Source of the DNA: Octopus sinensis
Taxonomy: Eukaryota
Assembly: GCF_006345805.1 (NCBI RefSeq)
Contig: NC_043008.1
Coordinates: forward strand, 62,620,001-62,684,000
Direction of reading: 5' to 3'
Length of the DNA stretch: 64,000 nt
Shown here: piece by piece, positions 1 through 12,977 of the stretch
Layout: the number at the start of each line of letters is the position of its first letter
Numbering within the stretch: the first letter of the stretch is position 1
Notes under the pieces: model-generated
The model's database searches: none
The model's input: only the letters and a program-made list of their open reading frames with translations
What the model was told of the DNA's origin: nothing
Program-made: the position numbers and the translations under genes

Positions 1-135
1 TTCGGCAAAAGACACTGATAGAATAAGTACTAGGCTTACAAAGAATAAGTCCTGGGGTCAATTTGTTCAACTAAAGACGGTGCTCCAGCATGGCCACAGT
101 CAAATGACTGAAACAAATAAAAGAGTAAAAGAGTA
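1..135 (+). mobile_element. SINE family A, 3' end (cut by the window edge)
   Basis: Matches the 3' half of the full copies at 10355-10740 and 16697-17088 and ends in the AGTAAAAGAG tail repeats. Confidence 0.85.
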
Positions 136-1451
136 ATAGAATCTGGTGTGGCCCCTCGACTTACTAGCTCCAGTCAAGCCACCTAACCCATTCCAGCTCG
201 GAAAACGGACGTTAAATGTTGTTGTTGCTGTTGGCTTTTTGTTTCAATTTGCTGGCTGTCACCAAATACTCAAGGCTATTTCTTCTCTTATGATGTCCAA
301 TGAACTGAGTTTGTTGCTCCCTTATTCTGTTACAAAGCTTTTCAATGGTCATTGGTGATCTCATTACCTATCCCTCTCTCTGAAGGGGACAGAGCTTCCT
401 ATCAAAGAGCCCCATCTCTACAGCATCAATAAGCTATTTGTCTTGCTTTTTGATGTTCCAGATCACATAAAAATATTTAAGAATGAAATCTCTGTATGTC
501 TCCCAGGTTCATTTCTCAACTACTTTTGATAGTTCGTTATTGACAAATGTTTCGATTCACCATAAGCAGCCTTTGTGTGTACAATACATGAGTTTATTTC
601 TTTGATGTTTTATAAACTAGCATGTAAAAATGGTTCCTACATAGTTAAAAGTTTCGACTTGACTCAATGTTGTCCCAGTAATTCTTATGTTGTTAGGAAG
701 ATGCTAACAGTTGGGGACACTTATTCTGCAAAGAGTAGACATTGCATTTAAGTTATTTAACTTGGTTTGCAAGATGGTTTGAGGGTCAGAGGTAATGTCT
801 TAACAAGAAGTAATGCAAGTTATTATACACTTATTATGCATTTATCAGATAATCCAATAAAGAAAGTAGTATCGATGCCTCATAAAATACTGGGTTTGGA
901 AGAGAGGAAGACTTGAAATGTTCAGAGAGTAGGTGTGTAGTTCAGAGATATGTGTAGGTGAAGATACCAATGGGTAAACCAGTTGAAATTGGTGAATTAC
1001 CTTGCATTCTGTGCCAGAAGCGATCATAGTGTAGAATTGCAAGTGCTAAGAACAGCTGTGTGCATTAAAATATCTGGGAGCAATGAGGAATGAAGAGAAA
1101 TTGATGGTGTTAAAACAGGGCATAGAATATATGAACCGTTGATGATGCCTGAAAGATCTTAGAGAATGATAGAGGTAAGCTATATATATTTGATTATTGT
1201 ATGTATATATGTATATGCATATCTACATGCATACACAGCTTGCCCAAGGGTGTTTAAACATCCATATTTGTTAATGATTATTTTTAATAATTTTCTAGCT
1301 GGATTGTGTGTTCATTTCTCTTTTTGGCATCTGTGATTTTATTTTTGATCTTCTATATAAATGTAGATATTTCCTCCATCTGGCTACTTTTCTTTCTACA
1401 AAACAGGAAGTTATATTTTGAAACAGTTATTTTAACGAGTTGTATTTATTT

Positions 1452-1550
1452 ATCGCCTGATGAGATACCTCTGCACCACTGGATGCTCCTGAACCAGTTG
1501 TTGAATGTCCCATGCATGAGGAATCGATGTGTCAAAACAAATGTTGTGAT
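1452..1550 (+). ncRNA. Degenerate type I hammerhead-ribozyme-like motif with long stem II, at a probable Penelope-like end
   Basis: ATCGC-CTGATGA(1457-1463)-GATAC...GTGTC-AAAAC-AAAT-GTT-GTGAT. Stem I ATCGC/GTGAT and stem II GATAC/GTGTC can pair. GAAAC reads AAAAC, a CpG-type change. (TA)n follows at about 1596. Confidence 0.45.
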
Positions 1551-2339
1551 TAATAATAAGTTCTCGTATATTCTATCTTCAGTCTTTCATTTGCCATATA
1601 TATATATGTAGTAGAAATATGTTACAAAAAGAAAATATAAAATACACGTGGAAATGTAAGGGTAAAATATGAAAAATCAACGTAAATTCACATTGCAAAT
1701 AAAAAAAGGCTTTTTATGACAGGTAACGACAAATATATACATTTAGATGGACTGAGGTAGTAATAAGAGTCATAAAATTCATTATTATGAGATGATTATA
1801 AGATGATAATAAAGTAAGAGAACAAATATGTGTGTGTGTGTGTGTGCATGTATATATATGTATATATAAATAATAATAATAATAATGATAATAATAATAA
1901 GGATTATAAAAAAGTAGCATGCCATTACTTTTAATTCCTTAAGATATATATATATATATAAATATACATATACATATATATATATAACAAATAAGAAAAC
2001 GGAGAGGGTACAAAATGACATACATCAGTAGGTAGATTTTCTAGTGTGTCTATTTATTCCAAAGCATTAGAAAGTATTAGAAGAATACATACACATGTAG
2101 TAACCGTGTTACACACACACATGTGTTAATATTACAGAAAAGAGCAAAAGATCAGTTCCTGCACCCCGTAGTTGAACACAAATACCTCCACTTTGCATCT
2201 GCAACTGATATTGCCTCTTCCCTTAGACCTAAATTGGGTACTATTCCAATATGGAATTAATTAATTAATTAATTAATTAATTAAGTAGCTAGAAAAACTC
2301 AGGTTACCCTGCTTTAGCTATACACAGAATTACAGATAG

Positions 2340-2379
<40 letters not shown>

Positions 2380-3087
2380 ATGTAAACATTTTCTTCAAAC
2401 TACCCCATGTAAATAAAACACTTAACTTAATAATTTAACACTATAACACAGGGCCATTCCTTTAATACTTTATATCTAATATTCTATATTTTACTAGTAT
2501 AAGTTTTGGCACTGAATAACAATAAGTTACACTACCCTTTCGGTCCGGTCCACTTTTGTCCCTATTCACGAAATCCCCCTTCTGCCTTCCAGCAACAATG
2601 AATCTCCTATCCAGCTCCTATATTACGTTTAACCATATAAGAGTAGATTCCTCCCAATAGATAGATATATGTTTTATATTTTTATATTTTTATACGTTTA
2701 TACTCTTTTAATTTTCTTATGCTGTCCTTTAGAATCATTTTCCCTTAGTCCTATTGTTTTAGTTATCGCATTTACTCATTTATTTGTTTTTAATTTTAAT
2801 TCTATTTTGCTCTTTTACTGGCCCATACTGGCCATGGTTTATATGTTTATTTGATTTGTTTTTGTCTTATCTGTTAACCATAAAAAAAATAGCTAACCAA
2901 TTAGGTTGTAGGACTGACCATGACCCCCACCGCACTACACATAGGAATAGAGACTTGTTGATCAGCAAAAAATAACGAACACTAACACCGCACTTCAGTC
3001 ACCACCTGGTTCCTTACTCTCATTAGTACACTTATATACGAAATTTTCCCATAATGGGTTCACCATCATAGGCTACTTATACCAGAA

Positions 3088-3380
3088 ATTGTTATATCTT
3101 GGGATGGTCATTTCTTTACTTTTTGCCAAATAAACACACACTGTATATTTCTTCTTCATTTCAGATTTATTATTGTTCTTATTTTACTGTCTTTTGTCTC
3201 AAAAATCTTTCGTCACACATCCTATGACCTCTTCAGCAACTCTCCATCTCATGTGTCTTTTCAGACAAAGGACAATGAAATAAGAACAATAATAAACCTG
3301 AAAGTGAAGTATGAATATATAGTGTGTGCATTCATTTGGCAAAAAGGACCAAAAAACTGACCATCCTGAAATATAACAAT
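3088..3380. repeat. Long imperfect inverted repeat (arms 3088-3199 and 3263-3380) abutting (TA)n
   Basis: Left arm ATTGTTATAT...TTATTATTGTTCTTATTTT...TTTGTCT is the reverse complement of right arm AGACAAA...AAATAAGAACAATAATAA...ATATAACAAT. Confidence 0.85.
3196..3242 (-). ncRNA. Minimal hammerhead-ribozyme-like motif in the loop of the inverted repeat
   Basis: Minus strand reads TTG-CTGAAGA-G-GTCATA-GGATG-TGTGAC-GAAA-GATTTT-TGA. Both core boxes CUGANGA and GAAA are intact around a 6-bp stem II; stems I and III are degenerate. Confidence 0.6.
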
Positions 3381-4983
3381 ATATATATATATATATATAT
3401 ATCAATAAACTAATTATTTGAGGTAATATAAAGCCAATTATATACGTTCTTAGTTTTTTTGCAATTTACTTAATCATTGACATTTTATTGTTATTTTAAT
3501 TTAAATACTTCTATTATATGTAATTTTCTATATGGTGTAATTTAATTGTTCATTTTGAATTGATAAAAGGTGTTTGAACTCAGAACGTAACAACAGACGA
3601 AATACTGCTAAGCATTTCACCCAGCTTGCTAACGTTTCTACCAGCTCTTGACTTCAACTATTTATATGTGAAGGTGTATAATGTGAATGCTATGAATATA
3701 TACTGTTGAGTAGTCACAGTATTTCAGAAATACCTGCAAATGGAGATGCTAAATATGCCTGTTACAACTAATAGGAGTTCCACTTATCTTTTATCCAAAT
3801 ATCTTTGCAATTTTTTTTTTCTTTATTATTTTCCAGATGACATTGTTGTATTTCCAATTTTCAATTTTTCTTTTAACTATGAATATCTCTGAAGGGCTTC
3901 AAAGTAGGCCACTATGATACTGATACATTTATATATTTCGTATATTTTATAATTTTAAATTTTAATTGAAAGAACATTTCATTTCTCATATATATATATA
4001 TGTATATATATATATGTGTGCACATGTGTGTTTATTTATGTATATAAATGATATATACATGTATGTATGTATATGAATATGTATATGTGTACATATATTT
4101 GTCTATATATGTATATATTTGTATGTGTACATAAGCATGTGCTTGTATGTACTTTTTTTTAGAATTCTGTTTCCTTTATTGCTAATTAATTTTCAAGGAA
4201 ATACATTAAAAATTGAAAGAAAAAGATCCTAAAGAAATATTCTGGCATACATTTTGTAATGTAAATGCAAATTTTAATGGAAAGGAATACTAAAAGAACT
4301 AAAAAAGCAAAAAAAAAAAAAAAGAAGCAAACCTGATATGAGTTTTCAAAGGACCTTTTAGAAATGTTAACTTAAGTTGAGATACGTTGTCACTTAAAGT
4401 GTCTTTCTAAATAAAAATTTTCATATTTTTGCTATTCATGATGAGGTTTTCCTTTATCTTCAAACTTTTATAATATTTGTACATTGTGAGGAATATTATT
4501 TCAACTCTAACTAAAAGTTTAAACCAAAGCTTTTTTTATATTTCAGCATTAATATTCAACATAAGAAATGTTAACTTATTTTCGAAAACATTCAGATGTT
4601 GATGAGATTTTTATGAAAATAATTAATGAAAATAATTAAGGTGATGGGGGTACAATACAGAATATAAAAGAAGGTTGTGTATTCAAAGATGCTACTTTAA
4701 TGAAGATTATTTGAATATCAACGATGGGTAGAAATCTAAACAGAATATGAAATACAAAATAAATCATTGCCAATTATGCATAAAATATATAGTTCAGACA
4801 CCTGTGGCCCTGTTATTAGTTATAGCTATCACAAGGGAGATAATTATTTCATCAGTTTGCATGGCAAGCTTAGAAATCTGAAATAGATATTAAGGAAATA
4901 TAAGAACAAATATGTATAGACTTCAATATTTAATTTTATTTATAGAATTCTTATGCTCAATTTTATTTGCTAGTGAAATAACA

Positions 4984-5740
4984 GAAGTTCTTGGTTAAAA
5001 GAAATCCATCATTTTCAGTATTCATTGACCTGGAGAAGGATTTTGTCAGAGCACCAAGATTTGTATTCTATTGATCATTAAGACAACTAGTTGTAAAAGA
5101 ATGGTGTATTAGATTCCTTGAAAGCCATGGAAGTTAGCAATATGTTCATCATGAAGTATAATATGCTGGTAGGTGTCTTTCAGGGCTAAGTTCTCAATCT
5201 CCTTCTATTTACTAGAATTCTCCAGGCCATAACAGGTGTTTAAAACAGGTTATCTGAAGGATCTTCTGTATGCCAAATGAGTTAGCACCTGTAGCTGAAT
5301 CAGGCAACAAATTAGAGAAGTAATTCCAATTGTGGAAACAAAGTCTAAGACTGAGATATTCTAAATAAACCTAGCAATGACAAAAGTTTTAGCAGAAAAC
5401 AAGATGGTACTCTGCTAGGAAGTAGCCATGATTGCTATGCATAAATACGGCAGTAAATATTTAGTATGGTGCACCTAATGCAGACTATATCTACACAAAT
5501 GTTAGGGTAACAATGTAGAAGGACTTTGCAAGTAGTAGATGCAAACAAAAGAGAAGTTAGTAGTTGGAATGTGAGAACATCATCATCCTCATCATCATCA
5601 TTTAACATCCATTTTGATGATGATAATGATTATGATGATGTTCTCTCAATTGTTTACAAATGAGTAAAGGGCTTTTGTTATCTACATGACCTAATTAGAT
5701 GTGGAGAAGATAGTTGCAGAAGAGAATGTAGGTGGAGTGA
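4984..5740 (+). mobile_element. Decayed RTE-clade LINE, reverse-transcriptase fragment
   Basis: Manual translation gives KFLVKRNPSFSVFIDLEKDFVRAPR, VGVFQG*VLNLLLF and DLLYAN. These resemble the RTE motifs FVDLEKAFDRVPR, GVHQGSVLSPLLF and LLYADD. Many stops and frameshifts. Confidence 0.8.
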
Positions 5741-5774
5741 GAATCTGAAGGAATATGTTGAAAGATGGTATTGT

Positions 5775-6665
5775 TACTGAAGGGTTGGACAATTTGACAG
5801 GAGCTGGTAAGGTTGGGGGCTGCACCAGGTTCTTCCATTGTCTGCTCTGGCATAGTTTCTATGGTTAGATACCCTTCCTAACGCCAACCACTTTACAGTA
5901 TAATGGGTGCTTTTTACATGGCACAAGTACCAGTGCTTTTTTATGTTGCATCATTATCAGTGCCTTTTATGTGGCACCATCACCAGTGTTTCTTAAGTGG
6001 CACCAACACCAGTACGTTTTACATGTCACTAGCACAAAGTACTTTTTAATTTTCACTAGCACTGGTATCAATTCTGCTGTGGTGGGCATATCTCCTTGAC
6101 TAAAGTAAGGTGTCAGGTGTCTCAATCTTTTGTCTTCTCCTTTGTAAGGTTCTGTGTCTTGAGATCAACCTTCAATAATTCGTCCCGTGTCTTCCTGGGT
6201 CTCCCTCTTCTGTGAGTTCCATCCACTTTAATTGCTCAGCACTTCTGTATGCAACTGCCTACATCCATACAAATCACATGACCAAACCATTGCAATCTTC
6301 TTTCTTGCATTCTGCATTTAATTCCTCTAATGCATAACTTTTCTTTCAATACACTAGCTCTCTAGTAACACATGTACATTGATTTTGCACAACCATCGGA
6401 ACATACTCTGCATTCAGGTCTCAGGTGTCACTATCATGTAGCATTACTGTTCATATAGATGTATTGTACGATCTTCCTTTCTCTCAGAGAGATAGAGAGA
6501 GAGACTTTTGAATCTTCTCTATCCTATTCTTATTCTAGTAGTTACACTTTTTGTACATCCTCCCCCTCAACTAATTAGGCCCCTTAGATAACAGAATTTA
6601 TCCACTCCCTCTAAAAAGCCTCCGGAGCATTTGAGAAAATCAATTTCCTGTGTATCTGTTGTTTT
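5775..6665 (-). mobile_element. Decayed RTE-clade LINE, ORF C-terminus and 3' UTR
   Basis: Minus strand gives DKFCYL, SMFRWLC and KVDGTHRRGRPRKTRD (RTE RxxGRPxKTW motif). The 3' UTR has ~28-bp GTGGCACC repeats at 5900-6070 and the GGCGTTAGGAAGGG box. Confidence 0.8.
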
Positions 6666-7599
6666 TTAGGAATAAGTAGGGAAGGCTAATCGTAAGAGTT
6701 TGAACTTCACCACAATCATATAGTTTCCCACATGTGGTAAGACTGTGCTAGAGAAGACTCATACAACACATGCAACTATGAAATAAAATTTTAAAAAATG
6801 GACATAAAATGCTAATGATGGAAATAATGTATTTTTTTCAGAAGGATTAAATGAAGAAGCATTTGTTTGTTTTGAACTTATAACCTTTTGAAGTAGTTAT
6901 GTAGTCTCGTAAACTACATCACTTTAACTCTATAAACATTACAGATTCATACAAAACTTAAATTAGAAGTTAAAATAATGGAAACTGTGGCTATTATTAT
7001 GAGATAGCACTCACTCAGGAATTGAAAGGCAGTTTGGTAAAAAAATGAAAAGACAAAACAAGAAAAAAATAGAGTCTGATTAAAAAACAGGACAAAATTA
7101 AAATCAGGTAACAAACAAAAAGTACATAATATCAGGAAAACTTGTGTTTTTAGATTTCTGAACATGATATAAAATTAATTAGCTCTTTAGTCTGAGCTGA
7201 TGAACATTAAGTCAGCATGTTACTAAAGAAAAGTGATTGTATAGGCTGTTGAACAAATCTAGATGATTGTATTGAGTGAAAGGTTACATAGAATATTTTC
7301 TGGAACGGTGATAGTTAAGTGAACTGTAATGTAGGTTATAAAGAAAAAAAATAAAATTAAAAATAAAACCCGTAGCCTTTTACATCATTCACAAATGAGT
7401 ATGACGAGTAAGAATCCATAGATTTTTTTTCCTAAATTTACTGCTTGGCACTTCTTTAGCCATCTGTCATTTTCTATGTGTAACATATATCCAGACTAGT
7501 TCAGTCTCCTCTATTATAATACCATCGCTTTTATAAACTATTTTCGGTGTTAATGAAGTGACTAGCAGAGATAGACTCCATCTCGCTGATCATGTTTCA

Positions 7600-8015
7600 T
7601 ATTTCTTTACTGCCCACAAGGGGCTACACACAGAGGGGACAAACAAGGGCAGACAAAGGGATTAAGTCGATTACATCGACCCAAGTGCATAACTGGTACT
7701 TAATTTATTGACGCCGAAAGGATGAAAGGCAAAGTTGACCTCAGCAGAATTTGAACTCAGAATGTAGAGGCAGACGAAATACCTATTTCTTTACTACCCA
7801 CAAGGGGCCAAACACAGAGAGGACAAACAAGGACAGACAAATGGATTAAGTCGATTATATCAACCCCAGTGCGTAACTGGTACTTATTTAATCGACCCTG
7901 AAAGGATGAAAAGCAAAGTCGACCTCGGCGGAATTTGAACTCAGAACGTAACAGCAGACAAAATACGGCTATGCATTTTGTCCGGCATGCTAATGTTTCT
8001 GCCAGCTCGCCACCT
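7600..8015 (-). mobile_element. SINE family C, dimeric copy (head plus 2 x ~184-bp units)
   Basis: Units at 7600-7783 and 7784-~7967, head to 8015. Flanked by TCTCGCTGATCATGTTTC (7581-7598) and TCTCACTCATAATGTTTC (8017-8034), a degenerate 18-bp TSD. Confidence 0.85.
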
Positions 8016-8149
8016 TTCTCACTCATAATGTTTCTTGCTCTGTCAAGAATGTGACAGCTGGAGAGAGAGGGAGAAGGGAGGTAGAGAAGGGGAGAGGGGA
8101 GAAAAAGTGGGAGGAGAGAGAGGTCTGCTCCAGGACTATGTCATTATTT

Positions 8150-8267
8150 GTGCAATATGAAATGAATCACCTTACTCAAGAGCACAACATGTTGCTTCAG
8201 CCAAGGATTGAACCCATGATCTGATGATCATAGCTCCAACATCCTAACCACTAAGCCACCTACCTTC
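8150..8267 (-). mobile_element. tRNA-headed SINE (B/D type), 5' fragment
   Basis: Minus strand GTGGCTTAGTGGTTAGG (A box) and GGGTTCAATCC (B box), followed by GTGCTCTTGAG. Confidence 0.65.
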
Positions 8268-8468
8268 TCTCTAGACTACACATTTTCATGTTATATCCTA
8301 TTTCGTTACAGCTTTACAACCCCTAATTCATATTTCATCTGTGACCATAAACTACTATAGAATTTTATAAGATATTAATATCACATAATTATGGTGACTA
8401 ATGAGATATAACGGTTTCTTTCATAGACATATAAACTTGTGCCAGTCCTTCATGCCTAAGTTTATGTA

Positions 8469-8680
8469 CAGGGTGTCCCAGAAAGATTTACCCATGTTTA
8501 AAACTCTTCCTAAAGAATATCAGTTCAGGTAATTTTATCTATATTTTACAGACATCAATCCCATGGACTTTGCTACCTGATCCATCTTAGAAAGCAATGT
8601 TTCCACTTGCTCCTATTCAAATGTGTAAGATCTGAAGAAAGCCCTTCTGCCTTCGTGGGTCAATTTGGATGAAGAGTTTA
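8469..8680 (+). mobile_element. Tc1/maT-type DNA transposon remnant
   Basis: TA then a CAGGGTGTCCC end. Translation DINPMDFAT*SILESNVS..DLKKALL..W resembles the SPDLNPLDY.IW C-terminus of Tc1-like transposases. Confidence 0.6.
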
Positions 8681-8983
8681 AAAGTTAAAATGCTAGTTAT
8701 TCTTATCTCTTTGTCGACTGGGCGTTCATTTGTAAACATTCGTGTTCTATTCTGGTATCATGATTTAAAGAAATTATAATAACAGTCACAAAGCTGCCAT
8801 TTAATAGAATACTACCTTGGTATTCTTCTATATTGAACATAATTTTTAATTATCATATTAATGTGTTTTATTTCGGAATGGTCATTTTGCCAGTTTAGCC
8901 AATAAAAACACACGCACTATATATTTGGTGTTACTTTGCTTCAGTATTATTTATTTTTTACATCAATCTTAATATTATTTCAG

Positions 8984-9023
8984 CCAGAGTTCTTTTGTCA
9001 CACTCCTGTGACTGCATCAGTGG
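8984..9023 (-). ncRNA. Degenerate hammerhead-like motif, same family as 3196-3242
   Basis: Minus strand CCA-CTGATGC-A-GTCACA-GGAG-TGTGAC-AAAA-GAACTC-TGG. Stems I and II pair; both core boxes carry substitutions. Flank 8872-8960 resembles 3100-3170. Confidence 0.5.
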
Positions 9024-9254
9024 TCCTTTGCTTTCTTCTTTCTTATTTGTGTGTCTCTCCTTACTAGCCGTATGAAGTGTCTCTGTTAGTGAAGCCATCC
9101 ACAACCAAATTCATCTGGATTCTTATTGTTTATTTAGTGACTGTAACACGATTTTTGTCCTTGGATAGCAGCTGTTATTTCCTATTTGCTTACCCCTAGA
9201 AAGTATTAAAAAAGGGCTGATATTTCCTTCAAAATTTGCTTTTGTTATGATATT

Positions 9255-9430
9255 TATTTCAAACTCCAAAGAATCCCTCTCAATACATGGCTATGATGTT
9301 CCCCCCACTACTCCTGCTCATGATCAGAGAAGCACATATTGTGAGTCACTAAGAGACATGCTCAAGTAGTTAAGATCAAGCAACTGACAAGCAGCTCTGT
9401 GGTTTGAGAAGAATCTTTGCTATAGCAATA
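9255..9430. repeat. Interspersed repeat fragment, same family as 46465-46855
   Basis: CCTCTCAATACATGGCTATGATG...CAGAGAAGCACATATTGT is shared with 46770-46850. Confidence 0.65.
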
Positions 9431-10354
9431 ATTCTGCTTCAACAACTTAGTGCTGAATCTGTCTGAAATGTAATGGAAAATATGTCAGTTTCATAATATT
9501 GATGTACAGGTGACAAAGGCAAAGTCTGAAGGGAATAGTAGTCATTTCCTTTGATTTCTAGATAGAAACAAATAGGAAATAACACTTACTGACCAAAGAA
9601 AGAAGAAATATAATTACGATTTTGTTACACAGTGTACTTTTTGTTGATCTAGTTTGTTCAGCTGACATTACTGATGCTAGATGAGCAGACAGAAGCGTTA
9701 GCAAGCCAAACGAAATGCTTAGGAGCATTTTACCCTTCTTTACATTCTGAGCTCAAATTCTACCACGATCAAGGAGGTAAAGCTAATTTTCAGGTTTTGT
9801 GCCTATAATAGAAAAAATATTACTGATGGTAGAATGATCCAGAAACAAAAATTTGAAAGCAGTTAGTATTGATTTATATATATATATATATATATGTTCA
9901 CATTCTACAAACTCCAATTATGAGGCATTTTTTCAAAACTATCACTTAATGTGGTGAGACAGGGTTGACTACTTAGATTATTGAAGTCAATATAATTAGT
10001 CCTCATTCATATTTGAACAGAAGATTAGGACAGTGGGTGCAGGGGTTGCAAGTACAGCCCCTAATTTTTTTTTCTTTGTAGGGTGGGCAATGATCTGGGT
10101 TAGTACTCACTAAGCAAATTTTGTTCCCGCACTTAAGTTGTGTAAATTGATGGCTCTAGAAAAAACTTCAAGCAGGGCATAAATTTTAGTGATCTGTATG
10201 TAATTCTGAGTAGAGAGGATAGATCAAAGTATTCAGGTAGAAATGGTATAGAAACTTGTGTGAGAATCTTGTGTTTTGTTTCTTCTATACATATTGCATG
10301 ACATAAGCAAATGTGTCCTTATCCTTTTATTCAAAACAAATGTATGAATAAACA

Positions 10355-10740
10355 GGGTGTAGGAGTGGCTGTGTGGTAAGTAGCTTGCTTATGAGTCACA
10401 TGGTTCCGGGTTCACTCCCACTGTGTGGCACCTTGGGCAAGTGTCTTCTACTATAGCTTCAGGCCGACCAATGCCTTGTGAGTGGATTTGCTAGACAGAA
10501 ACTGAAAGAAGCCTGTCGTATATATGTATATATATATATATGTATGTATGTGTGTGTATATGTTTGTGTGTCTGTGCTTGTCCCCCCAGCAACGCTTGAC
10601 AATCGATGCTGGTGTGTTTACGTCCCTGTAACTTAGCAGTTCAGCAAAAGAGACTGATAGAATAAGTACTAGGCTTCCAAAGAATAAGTCCTGGGGTCGA
10701 TTTGCTTGACTAAAGGCAGTGCTCCAGCAAGTAAAAGAGA
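10355..10740 (+). mobile_element. SINE family A, near full length
   Basis: tRNA-like head GGAGTGGCTGTGTGGTAAG...GGTTCACTCCC, CCTTGGGCAAGTG box, internal (TA)n(TG)n and AGTAAAAGAG tail. Confidence 0.9.
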
Positions 10741-11029
10741 GAGAAAGAGAACGAGAGAACCATCAACCGATATTCTGACAAACTACTAAAACAACACTTT
10801 ACGACATCCCACAATTAACACCTACACTCTCCTTCACCTCTACAATTTAAAGTCATTCAGTCAAGTGTATTCTCGCAGGGGGTGTCATGACTCACCACAA
10901 CAGTCATCATGCTAGCAACTTCGAAGGGTGAAAAGTATTGATTACATCTATCTCAACTGGTACTTATTTTACTGATCCCAAAATGACGAAAAGTAACCAA
11001 CCATCGTGGAATTTGAATGTAGAACATTC

Positions 11030-11695
11030 ACCTTTTAGCATTCAAGTTATTCTACCTAATGTAATGGTTGTGTATCCACATTGTTTTCAATTACTCATGC
11101 CTTATCTTCTTGTGTTGTGGAGATGCAATGGCCCAGTGGTTAGGGCAGCGGACTCATGGTCGTAGGATCGCAGTTTTGATTCCCAGTCCAGGCGTTGTGA
11201 GTGTTTATTGAGCGAAAACACCTAAAGCTCCATGAGGCTCCGGCAAGGGGTTGGTGGTTAACCCTGCTGTACACTTTCACCACAACTTTCTCTCACTCTT
11301 TCTTCCTGTTTCTGTTGTACCTGTATTTCAAAGGTCAGCCTTGTCATGCTGAATCTCCCTGAGGGTACACATGTCTGTGGAGTGCTCAGCCACTTGCACG
11401 TTAATAAATGAGCTGCGACGTTACTGGTGGCATGGAGAGGTGGAGCTGGTATGCGTGGACGACTGCTGGTCTTCCATAAACAACCTTGCCTAGACTTGTG
11501 CCTCAGATGGTAAGTTTCTAGGTGCAATCCGATGGTCATTCATGACCGAAGGAGGTCACAACACAACATCTTGTGTTGAGATTTCGATGATATGCTTGTT
11601 TATTTTTAGTTTGACATTGTAGAGCAGCTGTGAGAGGCTGTACATAAAACACATAATATTTAGACTGGATATGGCCAGTTTAAATGTTAGAGTTT
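11030..11695 (+). mobile_element. Degenerate piggyBac-type MITE (family P1) interrupted by a SINE
   Basis: 11030-11117 and 11569-11695 align to the two halves of 44549-44767 (ATCCACATTGTTTT...GGATATGGCCRGTTTAAATG). Confidence 0.7.
11118..11568 (+). mobile_element. Chimeric SINE: family B head, middle module, family D tail
   Basis: Head as at 20678, middle as at 29770-29870, tail as at 30192-30310 (reverse). 10-bp TSD TCTTGTGTTG at 11108-11117 and 11569-11578. Confidence 0.85.
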
Positions 11696-12557
11696 AGCCA
11701 AAAGAAATGCCGCTTATTATTTTGTCTGGCATTCTAATAATTCTGCCAGTTTGCAGCCTTGGATATTTTAATGATATTGATTTAAAAATAAATATATAAT
11801 TCTGCAAGATGATTGAAATTCTCTTCTGCATTTGTGATTTTAGTTTTACACTCCAGACATTATACTCTGTTAGATCATTTTTATGGTCGTAAAATATATT
11901 GTTACATAAGTTATTGATCATTATTTTATTAAGGTTATTTCTACACATATTCCATAGAAATAATAGCCAGCACTGTCGTTTGCTACAGCATTTCGTATAC
12001 GTGACGTCAGATGTAAACAAACGATGAGATCGAAGATGAAAAATGGACAATGGGCGTATATGCCATCTTTCAGGCAAGAATTTTGCCCTTTCCTCAACAA
12101 CCATTTAACCCACTAATCCTCAGTGAGCACATTGCTTAAATAGCCACCATACGTTGTAGCAAAGATCAGAACTGGTTATGATTTCTATAGAATATCTGTA
12201 GAAATAATGTTAACAAAATAATGTAAAAGCACTGCTAACACAGTAGAACATGGTATTGACTTATAAAACATTTAATATACTTTATAGTATATTATGATTG
12301 CATAACAAAATACCATGTAACTACAAAACATTAGTTATTGACCATATATAGATTTCCAATCAAAGTGTCCCCACAAAAGAGACAACAAAGATTGAATATC
12401 ATTGGTAGCAACTCTGAGTGTTATACCTGAATGTCGTTCATTCTTAGGTGTAATCATTTGTGAGACTGTCTTCTTGTATCTATTTATTGTCTCAGTGTCA
12501 TTACAGAGTAATTACTTATTATGTAATTAACGAAGGATGCTTCTGAGATCCCTGATA

Positions 12558-12977
12558 TTACTCTTTACTCTTTTACTCTTTTACTTGTTTCAGTTATTTG
12601 ACTGTGGCCATGCTGGAGCACCACCTTTAGTCGAGCAAATCGACCCCAGGACTTATTCTTTGTAAGCCCAGTACTTATTCTATTGGTCTCTTTTGCCGAA
12701 CCGCTAAGTGACGGGGACGTAAACACACCAGCATCGGTTGTCAAGCAATGCTAGGGGGACAAACACAGACACACAAACATACACACACACACATAAATAT
12801 ATATACATGTATACGACGGGCTTCTTTCAGTTTCTATCTACCAAATCCACTCACAAGGCTTTGGTTGGCTCGAGGCTATATTAGAAGACAATTGCCCAAG
12901 ATGCCACACAGTGTGACTGAACCCGGAACCATGTGGTTGGTAAGCAAGCTACTTACGACATAGCCACTCCTGCGCCT
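12558..12977 (-). mobile_element. SINE family A, full length
   Basis: Reverse complement of the family A consensus from the AGGCGCAGGAGTGGCT head to the (AGTAAAAG)n tail. Confidence 0.9.

Noticed and set aside
340-1170. Possible old LINE remnant (similar patches at 43780-44150, 45680-45890 and 56800-57830)
   Set aside because: Composition suggests decayed retroelement, but I could not read a diagnostic motif.
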